A model generated the notes under the pieces. The model ran no database searches. It was given only the letters and a program-made list of their open reading frames with translations, and was not told the origin of the DNA. A DNA stretch of 64,000 nucleotides. Origin: Candidatus Woesearchaeota archaeon (lineage in GTDB: Archaea; Nanobdellota; Nanobdellia; Woesearchaeales; ARS49). Position 1 is the first letter of the stretch; every line of letters begins with the position of its first letter. Location of the stretch: assembly GCA_017609645.1 (NCBI GenBank), contig JAFCDQ010000002.1, forward strand, positions 65,260-129,259, given 5' to 3'. This document shows positions 1 through 11,074 of the stretch, in pieces. Made by a program: the position numbers and the translations under genes.

Positions 1-1019
1 GTATTAGAAACATCTGTGAACCAGCAAGAATTTAAATATTTATCAGAAACAATATAATTTAAATCAAGAATATTTTCATCATAATCCATAAAATAAACAG
101 CATTATTAACAGGATTAGTTACCATTAAACTTGGCGCGGTTAAATCTTCTGTATAACCAATTGAAACATTAAATAATCTAGACGAGAAATCAATACTGGT
201 GCTATTGAAAATAAATTTATATTGAAAATATTTATTATTTGCAATGTTTAAATTTTGAGGAGAAGAATTAGGAATATAAACAAAAGATTCTCCATTACAA
301 GTATCGTCATCACAAGAACGAACTTGTAATTTTAAATCTGTATGAGAAGCATTATATTCAACATTTACGTGAATTAAATTAGTTGAATAATATTTGCTCT
401 CATTAGCAGCAGGAAAAGTACACCTTAACCTTAAATCATCCACTTCTTCAATAGTATCAACACCATTAGCCATTAAATCACATTCAAATTCTGTTTCTTG
501 TACAGCATCTTGCACACAAATCTCAGAATCCCAAGAAGTTCCATTGTTTGTTGAAATCTGAAAACCAATCTTAGCGCCAGGATCAATCCATTTAAGATAA
601 CAATAACCAACAACAGAAAGGATTTTTGCATCTTCAGGCAAACTATCATCCCATCTCTGAACTTCAGGCCTTTCCCAAGTAAACTTATTATCTAACTTCT
701 TCACATCAGCAGTTATTGCATTACCCCACTCATCTTCAGCAAGTGTCGGCTTTAAATCTAAATTATAAATTGTAGGTAAAAATTCATTCCAAGAAATATT
801 ATTCCACTCAGTGTTCAAAGAAGCACCAAAAACCTCACTAACATATGTGCCATTTGTTGTAACATTCAACTCAACAGCATCATCCTCATAATAAGTATTA
901 AAATAAGTTCCTTGATCAAAATCAGACTGTAAAAATGTATTCCAAGTTGATGCAAAAGCTATTGTAGAAAGAGCTATGGCTAAAAGTAACCAAATCTTTT
1001 TCATCCTCTTTTTTAGCAT
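1..1019 (-). CDS. Secreted protein, partial (runs off window start). The N-terminus (MLKKRMKKIWLLLAIALSTIAFA) looks like a signal peptide
   Basis: ATG at 1019 (alternative 1004) on the minus strand, followed by a hydrophobic signal-like segment. No minus-strand ORF of 60 aa or more is listed for 1..1116, which is consistent with one long frame leaving the window. I hand-translated only the first roughly 25 codons. Confidence 0.45.
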   Translation of the reverse strand, partial: MLKKRMKKIWLLLAIALSTIAFASTWNTFLQSDFDQGTYFNTYYEDDAVELNVTTNGTYVSEVFGASLNTEWNNISWNEFLPTIYNLDLKPTLAEDEWGNAITADVKKLDNKFTWERPEVQRWDDSLPEDAKILSVVGYCYLKWIDPGAKIGFQISTNNGTSWDSEICVQDAVQETEFECDLMANGVDTIEEVDDLRLRCTFPAANESKYYSTNLIHVNVEYNASHTDLKLQVRSCDDDTCNGESFVYIPNSSPQNLNIANNKYFQYKFIFNSTSIDFSSRLFNVSIGYTEDLTAPSLMVTNPVNNAVYFMDYDENILDLNYIVSDKYLNSCWFTDVSN

Positions 1020-1116
1020 TTTATCTATTACTCTTTTTAATGCTGTAATATTATCTTTTATATAAAATTCATTTATAAAGATTGCGTTAAAAAAGAAAAA
1101 AAAGAAAAAAATTAAA

Positions 1117-3075
1117 TTACAAGAACACTGCAATCACTAAAGCAATGATAGACACAAGCTTGATTAAAATATTCAAACTTGGACCAGAAGTATCTTTGAA
1201 AGGATCCCCTACTGTATCTCCAACAACAGCTGCTTTATGAGTATCAGAACCCTTTCCACCAAGATTACCTTCTTCAATATACTTCTTTGCATTATCCCAA
1301 GCACCGCCTGTGTTTGCCATCATCAATGCAAGCAAGAAACCAGTAACTAAACTTCCTGCAATCAAACCACCAAGAGCTTCTGGACCAAAAGCAAAACCAA
1401 CAATAATTGGAGCTGCAATTGCAAGCAAACTTGGAAGAATCATCTGCTTAAGTGCAGAAGTAGTACTAATCTCAATACATCTCTCATAATCAGGCTTAGC
1501 AGTGCCTTTCAAAATACCAGGATTTTTCTTGAACTGTCTTCTAATTTCATTAACCATTTCAACAGCACTCTTGCCAACAGCTCTCATAGTAAAACTAGAG
1601 AACAAAAATGGAAGCAAACCGCCAATGAATAAACCAACCATAGTTAATGGATTAATCAAATCAATAACCTGCAAATTAACTGTCTTAGCATAAGTAGCAA
1701 ACAATGCTAATGCTGTCAAACCCGCGCTGCCAATAGCAAAACCCTTACCAATAGCAGCAGTAGTGTTTCCAACAGCGTCTAAAGATTCTGCTTTTTTTCT
1801 AACAGCAGGGCCCATCTTAGCCATCTCAGCAATACCTGCAGCATTATCAGCAACAGGACCATAAGTATCAGTAGCTAAAGTAATTCCTAAAGTTCCAAGC
1901 ATACCAACAGCTGCAATAGCAATACCATAAATGCCACCAAAATAATTAGAAACAAGAATTGCAGCAGCAATCGCAATAATAGGAACTGCTGTACTTTCCA
2001 TACCAATTGCAAGCCCATTAATTATATTAGTAGCAGCACCAGTTTTGCTTGCTTTAGCAATAGTCTTAGTTGGTTTTCTCTCAGCAGACGTGTAATATTC
2101 AGTAACAATACCAATCAAAAGTCCAGCAACCAAACCTGCAATAACACAATAAAACAAACCAATACTCATACCAAGCATTTTAGTAACAACAAAATAAGAA
2201 CCAATAGCCATTAAAATTGCTGAACCAAAAATACCTCTATTCAAAGCTTTATGAGGTTTTTTACTGCTTCCAATTTTAACTAAACCAACTCCAAGAATAG
2301 AAGCAACAATACCTGTAGCGGCAATCATCAAAGGAAGCAAAACACCGTTAACAGCACCTGCAAAAAATACAGCACCTAAAGCAATAGCTGCAATAAGCGA
2401 ATCAACATAAGACTCAAACAAGTCAGCACCCATGCCCGCAACATCACCAACATTATCACCAACATTATCAGCAATCACACCAGGATTTCTAGGATCATCC
2501 TCTGGAATACCTGCTTCAATTTTTCCAACAAGATCAGCACCAACATCAGCAGCTTTTGTAAAAATACCGCCGCCAACTCTTGCAAATAACGCTATGCTGC
2601 TCGCTCCAAAACCAAACGCAAACAAAATACTAGGATCTTTGAAAATTAAATAAGCTATTGTGACACCTAAAATTCCTAAACCAACAACAATCATGCCCAT
2701 AACAGCTCCGGAACTAAAAGCAATCCACAAACCTTTCTCAATACTTTTTTTACAACCCGCAGCAGTTCTAGAATTAGCAGAAGTTGCAACCCTCATACCA
2801 ATATTACCTGCAGTAGCAGAAAGAACTGCGCCAAAAACAAAAGCAGCAGCAGTCTTAGCACTTAGAAAATAACCAAGAACAACTGCCACAATAATCACAA
2901 AAAACACTAAAATCCTGTATTGTTTCTTCAAATAACTCAAAGAACCTTTATAGATCAAATCAGAAATTTCAATCATCTTAGGGGTTCCTTTGCTTTGACG
3001 AGAAATAAAATGAGAAAGCAAGCCTGCAAACAGCAAAGCGATTGCGCCTGAAATTATTATTAAGAATAGTTCCAT
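1117..3075 (-). CDS. hppA: Membrane-bound pyrophosphatase (H+/Na+-translocating), K+-dependent type
   Basis: 652 aa and polytopic. Hallmark M-PPase motifs are present: [28 protein letters not shown] and [10 protein letters not shown]. The Ala in the GNTTAA position is typical of K+-dependent enzymes. Confidence 0.9.
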   Translation of the reverse strand: MELFLIIISGAIALLFAGLLSHFISRQSKGTPKMIEISDLIYKGSLSYLKKQYRILVFFVIIVAVVLGYFLSAKTAAAFVFGAVLSATAGNIGMRVATSANSRTAAGCKKSIEKGLWIAFSSGAVMGMIVVGLGILGVTIAYLIFKDPSILFAFGFGASSIALFARVGGGIFTKAADVGADLVGKIEAGIPEDDPRNPGVIADNVGDNVGDVAGMGADLFESYVDSLIAAIALGAVFFAGAVNGVLLPLMIAATGIVASILGVGLVKIGSSKKPHKALNRGIFGSAILMAIGSYFVVTKMLGMSIGLFYCVIAGLVAGLLIGIVTEYYTSAERKPTKTIAKASKTGAATNIINGLAIGMESTAVPIIAIAAAILVSNYFGGIYGIAIAAVGMLGTLGITLATDTYGPVADNAAGIAEMAKMGPAVRKKAESLDAVGNTTAAIGKGFAIGSAGLTALALFATYAKTVNLQVIDLINPLTMVGLFIGGLLPFLFSSFTMRAVGKSAVEMVNEIRRQFKKNPGILKGTAKPDYERCIEISTTSALKQMILPSLLAIAAPIIVGFAFGPEALGGLIAGSLVTGFLLALMMANTGGAWDNAKKYIEEGNLGGKGSDTHKAAVVGDTVGDPFKDTSGPSLNILIKLVSIIALVIAVFL

Positions 3076-3196
3076 TGTAGCGAGAAAGAATTAAGCTTAT
3101 TTTTAAAAGGTTTCGATTTTATTAGAAATAATCATACTAACTTAATATTAGTAAAAAAGAGCAATATTTAAATATTATTAGAGTAATTAAGAACAT

Positions 3197-3550
3197 ATGG
3201 CTAAGAAGAAAAAAAGTCATGGTGTTCCTGAAGCTCATGCAAAATATTGTGAAGGTTGTGGGAAGAAAATACATCAAAAAGCAAGATCCTGCCCGCACTG
3301 TGGATTTACTAAAAGTCAAATTCACTCAACAAATAAAACTTTGGCTATTGTAGGTTTAGTTTTAAATATATTCATTTGGCCAGGATTAGGAACAATAGTT
3401 GGCGGCGAAGTTGGAAAAGGCATGATACAAATGATTTTATTTCTCATAGGAGTTCCTTTAATTTTTGTTATTATAGGCATTCCCATGGTTATTCTTATTT
3501 GGATTTGGGCTATAGCTTCTTCGCTAAATCAAATTAAAAGAGCAGAATAA
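3197..3550 (+). CDS. Zinc-ribbon (CxxC..CxxC) protein with two C-terminal TM helices
   Basis: CEGCGKK..CPHCG in the N-terminal 40 aa, then a hydrophobic tail. A Shine-Dalgarno-like motif lies upstream. Confidence 0.5.
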   Translation: MAKKKKSHGVPEAHAKYCEGCGKKIHQKARSCPHCGFTKSQIHSTNKTLAIVGLVLNIFIWPGLGTIVGGEVGKGMIQMILFLIGVPLIFVIIGIPMVILIWIWAIASSLNQIKRAE

Positions 3551-3563
3551 AAAAGAGGTAAAA

Positions 3564-4217
3564 ATGGAAATATTTAATGCTTTAAAGAAACCTTTCACTA
3601 ATCTTAAAAAATTAGGAATTGGTTTAATATTAAATTTAATTCCAATAGTAAATTTTCTTTCTTTTGGATATGTTTTAGAATGTTCTGGAGTTGGCGTTAA
3701 TAAACCCAGTAATAAACTTCCTGAATGGAAAGATTGGAGCGAGCTATTCATTAAAGGATTATTGGCAACAATAATCTCTATTATTTACTATATTCCAATT
3801 TTTATTTTATCAAAAATTTTTGTATCTGCACTAGAAATCACATATGGCAGTTCTGAAATGGTTAGTATGGCTTATTTACAACATTTAATAGATAACTTAG
3901 CAATTTTAATGCCAGCATTGATTTTAATTTCAATAGTAAATTTAATAATAAGTTACTTACTTCCTGCAGCTTTATTAAATTATTTAAAACACAGAAGTTT
4001 TTCCCAAGCCTTTAAATTTAATATAATATTTAAAAAAGTGTTTAATAGAAAATATTTCATAGCATGGCTTATTTTCACAATATTAGGAGTTTTTTTGGCT
4101 TGGTTAACTATGTTAATTTCGCATTTTTTCCTGTTTTGGCTAATTTTAAGCACAGGCATTTTCATTAAATATATTATAGGATTTACATTGTTTGGTGAAG
4201 CTTTTAGAAAAGTTTAA
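3564..4217 (+). CDS. Polytopic membrane protein (DUF4013-like)
   Basis: 217 aa with multiple TM segments. agaggtaaaa lies upstream of the ATG. Probably co-transcribed with 3197..3550. Confidence 0.45.
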   Translation: MEIFNALKKPFTNLKKLGIGLILNLIPIVNFLSFGYVLECSGVGVNKPSNKLPEWKDWSELFIKGLLATIISIIYYIPIFILSKIFVSALEITYGSSEMVSMAYLQHLIDNLAILMPALILISIVNLIISYLLPAALLNYLKHRSFSQAFKFNIIFKKVFNRKYFIAWLIFTILGVFLAWLTMLISHFFLFWLILSTGIFIKYIIGFTLFGEAFRKV

Positions 4218-4259
4218 TTATTTTTTTTATTTTTTAATAATAAATCAAAGAAAAAAAAA

Positions 4260-5414
4260 TTAAATAAACGCATTTGGATCAAAGACAGGCGGTCTGTTGA
4301 TATTTTCTACAGTAACTGTAACATCTTTCTTAGCTTCATTACCAAAACTGTCCTTAGCTGTTATTACAACAGTATAAGTTCCTGCATCATGAAAATCAGT
4401 TGTCTTAGTGTTAGACGTCATCCAGCCAGAATACTCAACTGAAAACTCATCACCATCCGCATCAGTTATCTTAGGAGTTAAAGTAACAGTCTCGCCTTCT
4501 TTCACATTGATATTAGCAATCTCAATCAAAGGAGCTTTGTTAAGAGCCTCAATATCAATACTGAAGGTAACATCTGTTTTATCAGTATCATCGTCAGCAG
4601 TCACAGTTATTTCATAATTTCCTTCATCTCCTATTTTTGTCTGCCACTTGCCTGCTTCGTCAAAAGGAGTGCTAAAAGCAAACTTAATCTTATCGCCATC
4701 AGGATCTATAGCATTAGGTGTAACAATAACTTTGTCGCCTTCCTTAATATTAATATCCTCAATAGGATCAAGTACAGGCACTCTGTTAACATTACGCACA
4801 ATAATGTAAATCTCTTTCTCAGCAATATTCAAACCATCAGTAGCAGAAATCTTAACCTTATGACTTCCTGCATCAGTAAAAGTAGATGTTTTCTTATCTG
4901 AATTCATCCACCCAGAATATGTAGTGGTTACATTATCTCCATCAGGATCTGTAACAACAGGAGCTAACACAACTTCTTCTCCTTCTTTTGATTCAATAGC
5001 ATCAGCAATACTAATCACAGGAGCTGCATTCTGCGCATTAACTACAAGCTTGACATTTTGATCAATTTTATTCTCTCCATCACTGGCAATAATAGTAATA
5101 ATATATTCTCCTGCATCGCCAACTTTAGTCTGCCATTCACCTTTTTCATTCAAAGGTTTTGAAAAAGTATAATCAATAGGATCTCCGTCAGGATCAGTAG
5201 CTTTCAAATTAGGAAAATTCACAAAATCTCCTTCTGTAACAGTCTTAACAGGAGTATCATCAACAGGGGTTTCTGTATCTACAGATTCTAATTCAACCTC
5301 AGTCTCATTAACTTCAACGTCCTCTATATCGGCATCATCTACTGGTTTAACTTGAGGAACAGGTAGACACGCTACTAAAAACATAATCAACAAAATTGCA
5401 ATAACTTTTCTCAT
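4260..5414 (-). CDS. Lipoprotein with four tandem Ig-like/cadherin-like repeats in an ABAB arrangement
   Basis: Signal peptide with a lipobox-like LVAC. A roughly 85-aa unit with TDPDGD..YSGWM..K..DAGxH recurs four times. Confidence 0.6.
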   Translation of the reverse strand: MRKVIAILLIMFLVACLPVPQVKPVDDADIEDVEVNETEVELESVDTETPVDDTPVKTVTEGDFVNFPNLKATDPDGDPIDYTFSKPLNEKGEWQTKVGDAGEYIITIIASDGENKIDQNVKLVVNAQNAAPVISIADAIESKEGEEVVLAPVVTDPDGDNVTTTYSGWMNSDKKTSTFTDAGSHKVKISATDGLNIAEKEIYIIVRNVNRVPVLDPIEDINIKEGDKVIVTPNAIDPDGDKIKFAFSTPFDEAGKWQTKIGDEGNYEITVTADDDTDKTDVTFSIDIEALNKAPLIEIANINVKEGETVTLTPKITDADGDEFSVEYSGWMTSNTKTTDFHDAGTYTVVITAKDSFGNEAKKDVTVTVENINRPPVFDPNAFI

Positions 5415-5479
5415 TTTGGAAACCCCCTTTAATGTTACTATCCAAAAATAAGAATTTATTATAAATAGTTTTCTATAGT

Positions 5480-6082
5480 TTAAGATATATGTTTAGAGAT
5501 GGATATTCCTAAAAGCACAAATATTGCTGTAATCACTGAACTTAAAAGAATATTCTTAACAAAATATTGAAAAAAAGTTAAAGGATAAAACTGAATCAAA
5601 ACACTATTTTGAGGAAAAAGCCACGTTCCTGAAGAAAATAAAACCTGGTGAAAGATTTGAAACAAAGGTGTAAAGGGTAGAACAATCATAAAAATTGAGA
5701 TAATGAAAACAAAAATACAACCAAGCTTCATCATTTTCCTTATATTTTGTTTTTTAGACAATAAAACATAAGACAAACAAATTAGAAATAAAACAAACAA
5801 AACAACTGTGTAAAAATTAATTGTAGATTTGACATCTTTCAAATGATTTATTTCTCTTTGGTCCTGGAAAACTTCTGGCAAATCGTCAGTGTTTTGAAAA
5901 TAATTAATCAATTTATTCGTCGGTTCAACAGCATCTTTATTTTCCAACAAATTGTTTACAAAATCAGAGTTATATAATAATGAGTTGAAGTTTAACAAAA
6001 TAATAAAACTAGTAAAACAAATCGCAACAAAAATCAATAAAAGAACTTTAACGAATTTCTGCGCCATCTTCAATGTCAACAA
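5480..6082 (-). CDS. Membrane protein (hypothetical)
   Basis: 200 aa with 4 to 5 hydrophobic segments. Overlaps the metG 3' end by 35 nt. Confidence 0.4.
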   Translation of the reverse strand: MLTLKMAQKFVKVLLLIFVAICFTSFIILLNFNSLLYNSDFVNNLLENKDAVEPTNKLINYFQNTDDLPEVFQDQREINHLKDVKSTINFYTVVLFVLFLICLSYVLLSKKQNIRKMMKLGCIFVFIISIFMIVLPFTPLFQIFHQVLFSSGTWLFPQNSVLIQFYPLTFFQYFVKNILLSSVITAIFVLLGISISKHIS

Positions 6083-8012
6083 AAATATCTTCTTTGTCAG
6101 TCTTTAGAGGCTGATTATTGTAAACAGCTTTCTTGCCTTTAACTTTAAGCTTGATTTTAAAGAATTGCTCAATATTAATCTTTTCTGTTTTTGGAGTAAT
6201 ACCGTCAATATAAACCTGTGCGCCAGGCTTGCTTTTTGGAGCTTCAACCAGTCTGACTTTCTTATTTTTCTCAGCAGCAAGCAACATTCCCTGGCTTTCA
6301 ACACCTCTAAGTTTTGCAGGCTTTAAGTTTGTCACGACGACAATATTTTTCCCTTTAATTTCATTTGGTTTGATATACTGCTTTAAACCCGCGACTAAAG
6401 TTCTCTTTTCTTTCCCTAAACTAATTTTAATTATATACAAATTATCCGAATCAGGATGATTCTCGACGCTGTCAACCTTGGCAACTTTAAGATTTAAAAT
6501 AGCAAAAGGATCTTCTTTCTCACTTATTTCTAATTTCTTAAACAAAATTTCAGGTTTTTTAATTTTAATTTTCCTGTTTTTCTGAAATTTATAATCCTTA
6601 AAACTTGTAATCTTGCAATTAATTTGTTTTGCAATCTTTTCAGCAGCGTCAGGAATAATAGGATAAACCAATAATGAGATGAGTCTCAAACATTCAACCA
6701 AAGTGTAAAGAATAACTGCTTTTCTTTTTTCGTCAGCTTTCCAAGGCTCTGTCTTAGCAACATAACTATTGCATTCTTTAATAAAATCCCAAATCTTTTC
6801 AAGACATCTGTTCCACTCAAACTTATTGACTAATTCTGTTAGTTTTTTTAGGTCAGGGATTTTCTTAATCAAATCATTCTCTACTTTTGAAAAAGTTTTG
6901 ACAGCAGGAAGCTCTCCCTTAAAATAACGATTAATCATGCTTGAAGTTCTCTGCAAAAGATTTCCCAAAGAATCAGCAAGATCTGAATTAGACCTCTCAA
7001 TCAATGATTCTTCACTAAAATCCCCATCCATTCCAGCAGGAATTTCTCTCATGAAAAAATATCTCACAGAATCTGCGCCATAATTATCAATCAAATTAAT
7101 AGGATCGACGACAATTCCTCTGGATTTTGATAATTTTTCACCTTTAAGGTTTATGAAACCATGACCAAAAACAGTCTTAGGCAGTTTTAAGTCAGCAGCC
7201 ATCAAAATGCAAGGCCAAATAACAACATGAAACCACATGATATCTTTGCCAATATGATGAACATCAGCAGGCCAAAACTTCTTGAAATTCTTACCATTAG
7301 GATAACCTAATGCTGTAACATAATTCAACAAAGCATCAAACCAAACATAAATTACATGCTTAGAATCATTAGGTAAAGGAATACCCCATTTGAAAGAAGT
7401 TCTACTGACACACAAATCTTTCAAACCTTCTTTTAACCTGTTAAGAATTTCTTTCTGCCTGAACTTAGGCAGAATAAACTCAGGATGTTCTTTGATATGT
7501 TTTATGAGCTTATCCTGAAATTTGCTCATCTTAAAAAAATAACTTTCTTCCTTGATTAATTCAACTTTTTTCTTATGAACAGGACAAATATTTCCTGGCT
7601 CAAGATCTTTTTCAAGATAAAACTGTTCACATCCTGTACAGTAAAAACCCTCATAAGTATCTTTATAGATCAAGCCTTTATCAAAAACTTTCTTGAAAAT
7701 CAACTTGCAAGCTTTGATATGAGATTCATCAGTAGTTCTAATAAATTCATCATAAGTAATGTTTAATTTTTTACAAAGCTCGACAAAACATTTAGACATC
7801 TTGTCAACAAAAGCCTTAGGAGCTTGATTCGATTCTTTAGCTGTTTTTTCAATTTTCTGACCATGTTCATCTGTGCCAGTTAAGAAAAAAACATCTTCAG
7901 AATTAAGCCTGTGCCATCTAGCACAAAAATCAGCAATAACCTTTTCATAAGCATGGCCTATGTGAGGCTTTGCATTAGGATAGTCAATAGCTGTTGTTAC
8001 GTAGTATTTCAT
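6048..8012 (-). CDS. metG: Methionyl-tRNA synthetase with C-terminal tRNA-binding (EMAP/Trbp111-like) domain
   Basis: HIGH motif (KPHIGHAY) and KMSKS (KLSKS). Zn-knuckle cysteines CTGCEQF..CPVH. C-terminal OB-fold segment AKVDSVENHPDSDNLYIIKISLG. Confidence 0.92.
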   Translation of the reverse strand: MKYYVTTAIDYPNAKPHIGHAYEKVIADFCARWHRLNSEDVFFLTGTDEHGQKIEKTAKESNQAPKAFVDKMSKCFVELCKKLNITYDEFIRTTDESHIKACKLIFKKVFDKGLIYKDTYEGFYCTGCEQFYLEKDLEPGNICPVHKKKVELIKEESYFFKMSKFQDKLIKHIKEHPEFILPKFRQKEILNRLKEGLKDLCVSRTSFKWGIPLPNDSKHVIYVWFDALLNYVTALGYPNGKNFKKFWPADVHHIGKDIMWFHVVIWPCILMAADLKLPKTVFGHGFINLKGEKLSKSRGIVVDPINLIDNYGADSVRYFFMREIPAGMDGDFSEESLIERSNSDLADSLGNLLQRTSSMINRYFKGELPAVKTFSKVENDLIKKIPDLKKLTELVNKFEWNRCLEKIWDFIKECNSYVAKTEPWKADEKRKAVILYTLVECLRLISLLVYPIIPDAAEKIAKQINCKITSFKDYKFQKNRKIKIKKPEILFKKLEISEKEDPFAILNLKVAKVDSVENHPDSDNLYIIKISLGKEKRTLVAGLKQYIKPNEIKGKNIVVVTNLKPAKLRGVESQGMLLAAEKNKKVRLVEAPKSKPGAQVYIDGITPKTEKINIEQFFKIKLKVKGKKAVYNNQPLKTDKEDIFVDIEDGAEIR

Positions 8013-8127
8013 AATAGAGAATAAAATAGAAAGACTATTTAAAAAAGTTACTTAAAAAAAGAAAATAAAAAACACACAAAAACTTTTACAAGTTTTCGGT
8101 GCCAGAAAAGATAAAGCTTTTCTTGGT

Positions 8128-8463
8128 TTAATTAAACTTATTGTACAGCCATGCCAGCAATACACCTAAGACAAAACCATCTACCAGTCCCCAAAGACCG
8201 CCGATAATACAGCCCTGAATACCAAGTTTAAAACCAGGGTATAGTGCTTCAAACATGCCCACAAACTGAGTTCCATAACCCCAATAAGTGGCTGCCAAGC
8301 CAATAAGCAAAACTGCTAAACCCCAAAGAATACCTAAACCAAGACCTAAAGCTCTAGGACTTAACTTGCAAGGTTTGCAAACAGCTGAAGCTATTTTCTT
8401 AACAGCTTTTTTCAGCTTTTTCCTAGCTGCTTTTTTTCTTTTTCTTTTAGCCATGAAATTCAC
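8128..8463 (-). CDS. Small membrane protein with a basic N-terminal tail
   Basis: KRKRKKAARKKLKK N-terminus followed by Gly-rich TM helices. Confidence 0.4.
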   Translation of the reverse strand: MNFMAKRKRKKAARKKLKKAVKKIASAVCKPCKLSPRALGLGLGILWGLAVLLIGLAATYWGYGTQFVGMFEALYPGFKLGIQGCIIGGLWGLVDGFVLGVLLAWLYNKFN

Positions 8464-8467
8464 CTCT

Positions 8468-8887
8468 TTATTTCATTTTTTTTGTAATTATAATCTTTTC
8501 ATCACATTTTTCACAATTAAAAACTAAAGCATCAGCAGAAACTTTCTTTTTCTTTATCTCATCAAAGAAATGAGTCTTCTTTCTCTTGAAAGGAATTTGA
8601 ACTTCACCTTTATTTTTGCATTTAGGACAAACATATTGAATATTAGCAGTTAAAGTATCTTCATACTCTGCTTTCTCAATTATAAAATTACATTCAGGAC
8701 AAGCATATTCTTTAGCACGAATTTTGGCTTTACCTGTTTTAGGATCTCTTGGTTTGCCCATCAAAGCTTTACCGCATTTAGTACATTTTTCCTTAAAAAC
8801 CCAAACAACAGCCTTGCCGTCATTAGCGAAAACTCTTTTAGTGTAATATACACACTCATCCATGCTTTTGGGTTCTCTAAGTGCCAT
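8468..8887 (-). CDS. Tandem zinc-ribbon protein (4x CxxC)
   Basis: CTKCGK, CPEC, CPKCKNKG and CEKCDEK pairs. The ORF ends 5 nt before the downstream ORF, suggesting an operon. Confidence 0.5.
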   Translation of the reverse strand: MALREPKSMDECVYYTKRVFANDGKAVVWVFKEKCTKCGKALMGKPRDPKTGKAKIRAKEYACPECNFIIEKAEYEDTLTANIQYVCPKCKNKGEVQIPFKRKKTHFFDEIKKKKVSADALVFNCEKCDEKIIITKKMK

Positions 8888-8960
8888 GAACAGTAAATAG
8901 CATTAGACATTTAAAAGAGTTATGGTGTACTTTATATATTAATATAAGAAAATTGATAAT

Positions 8961-9446
8961 ATGGAATATAATGCAATTTCAAGTGGATATGATGAGCTTT
9001 ATGGAGAAGAACAAATCAAGAAAGCCAGGATTATTCTTGATAATATTTCTATTAGTAAAGCAGATTGGCTGCTTGATGTTGGATGCGGCACTGGAATAAG
9101 TACTGCGATGTTTGAGTGCAATAAAATAGGAATAGATTCTTCAGAAGAATTAATTTCACAAGCAATTACTAGAATTCCTGCAATTATTGGAAAAGGAGAA
9201 GACCTGCCTTTTAATGATAATATATTTGACATAATAATTTGTTTAACAGCAATACATAATTTTGATGATTACAAAAAAGGAATACAAGAAATGAAAAGAG
9301 TCTGTAAAAAAAGCGGAAAAGTAATTATCACAATATTGAAGAAAGCAAAAGAATTTAATAATATTAAAAATTATATTGAAAAAGAACTTACAGTGGTTAA
9401 AGAAATTGATGAGGAAAAAGATTTGGTGTTGATTGCCAATCATTAA
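8961..9446 (+). CDS. Class I SAM-dependent methyltransferase
   Basis: LDVGCGTGIST (motif I) and a DIIICLTAIHNF region. Confidence 0.8.
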   Translation: MEYNAISSGYDELYGEEQIKKARIILDNISISKADWLLDVGCGTGISTAMFECNKIGIDSSEELISQAITRIPAIIGKGEDLPFNDNIFDIIICLTAIHNFDDYKKGIQEMKRVCKKSGKVIITILKKAKEFNNIKNYIEKELTVVKEIDEEKDLVLIANH

Positions 9447-9449
9447 ACT

Positions 9450-9893
9450 ATGAAACAAAAACATTTTTTACTGTCTGTATTAATTTTATTAATTTTGATA
9501 GTAATTGTATTATTAGTATTGATATATACTCTATATCCAAAAAATCAAAGCATATTGCCTGATTCATTTACTATAAATGTTTATGGAGATTGGTCAAGCA
9601 GCGGAGGAGATCGGCTTTTTAATTCTACTTTGACTTTTGTTAATGGAAAATTAACTAATGGCTGGCAAAAATATGATTATTCTGGAACAACTGGAATAGA
9701 AAAACATTATGAATGTATAATGGATGTAAATACTCTAACTTGGAGAGGTAAAACAACACTAGACGAATGTGGATATCCTTCGCATATTCCTTTAGATTTG
9801 GCTAATTTAAGACAAAAAATTAGTTTAGGAGAGCTAAAGCCAGATGCTAAGTGTTCACATTATGATACTTGTTATAGAATATTAAAGAGTTAA
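9450..9893 (+). CDS. Membrane-anchored extracellular protein (hypothetical)
   Basis: N-terminal TM helix followed by a Cys-containing ectodomain. Confidence 0.4.
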   Translation: MKQKHFLLSVLILLILIVIVLLVLIYTLYPKNQSILPDSFTINVYGDWSSSGGDRLFNSTLTFVNGKLTNGWQKYDYSGTTGIEKHYECIMDVNTLTWRGKTTLDECGYPSHIPLDLANLRQKISLGELKPDAKCSHYDTCYRILKS

Positions 9894-9935
9894 CTACAAC
9901 AAAATTTTTAAAGTAAATAAAAATCTAATTACTTA

Positions 9936-10703
9936 ATGAAAAAATTCCTAAAAGAGGTTGGTTATTGTTTTTACCCTCCTAAATATAAAGAGCTAAAAGA
10001 CAAAGGATTCAGAAACAGCTACAAATTCGCACTAAAAGTCTTATTTATGGCTTTCTTAATAGCTGCAATACTTCTTATTCCTCAATTTGCAAGCATGAAA
10101 TCAGAAATAACAAATGATCTTGCTAAAATAAATGTAGTAAACATTTCAGGTTCTTTAGAAGCAACAGACTCGATAAGCATACCTTCAACTAATCCTATAA
10201 TCACAATAGATTTAGAAAATGACCCACAATTAAACAAAGAAATTTTCCTGATAACAAAAGAAAAAATAAAATACAGATTCTTTGGAAAAAGAGAAATAGA
10301 AACAAGCAAATTAAAAAATCCTCAAGAACATAACGAAGAAGTAGGCAGATTTGCAACAAGCATAGCATTTCTATTAGTTCCTGGATTTGCAGTAATAATG
10401 TTCTTCAAAGCAGCAATAAAATATTTCTTAATAACAATATTATTCGGCACAATTATATTTTTCTTAATGGACTTAACACACTATAAGATAAAATTCAAGA
10501 AAATGCTTACAATAGCTGCTTTTGCCTCAGTGCCTATTATATTAATAGAAACAATATTTGCAGCCATAAATCCCTCATTATTATTGCCATTCATGCGATT
10601 CATAGGTTTGAATATATATACTGTCACACTTGCAATCTGGTTTGGGTATATTATAATATGCGTGATATTTCTCAAAGATAAACTAGAAAAAGAAGATGAA
10701 TGA
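9936..10703 (+). CDS. Polytopic membrane protein (hypothetical)
   Basis: 255 aa with one N-terminal TM, a soluble loop and four C-terminal TM helices. Confidence 0.45.
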   Translation: MKKFLKEVGYCFYPPKYKELKDKGFRNSYKFALKVLFMAFLIAAILLIPQFASMKSEITNDLAKINVVNISGSLEATDSISIPSTNPIITIDLENDPQLNKEIFLITKEKIKYRFFGKREIETSKLKNPQEHNEEVGRFATSIAFLLVPGFAVIMFFKAAIKYFLITILFGTIIFFLMDLTHYKIKFKKMLTIAAFASVPIILIETIFAAINPSLLLPFMRFIGLNIYTVTLAIWFGYIIICVIFLKDKLEKEDE

Positions 10704-10983
10704 AGAAATTGAAGAAAAAATAGAGAAACTTGCAAATAACCTAAAAAACATGCATTTAGTATCAACAATAGAAGAAGCAAGAGAAAGGGCAAAAGAGATA
10801 ATTCTAAGCACAACAAAAGAAGGCGACAAGAGTATCAAAGAAATGATGGATGAAACCAAAGCTAAACAGCCTTTGCCTAAAATTGAAGAAATAGAAAAAA
10901 CAGAAGAAAACAAAGATGAAGAGGAAAACACAGAAGAGCTCAAAACAGAGGGTACAAGCCCTGAACGCGATGAAAACGATTAA
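10696..10983 (+). CDS. Acidic, Glu/Lys-rich small protein
   Basis: 95 aa, low complexity. Overlaps the previous ORF by 8 nt. Confidence 0.35.
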   Translation: MNEEIEEKIEKLANNLKNMHLVSTIEEARERAKEIILSTTKEGDKSIKEMMDETKAKQPLPKIEEIEKTEENKDEEENTEELKTEGTSPERDEND

Positions 10984-11074
10984 GTCGCTACTCTAGAATA
11001 CTAACAATAACGAAACATTTAAATATAAAATATATTATTCTCTGGTTAATTAACCTATGTGGGGTGGATTATAA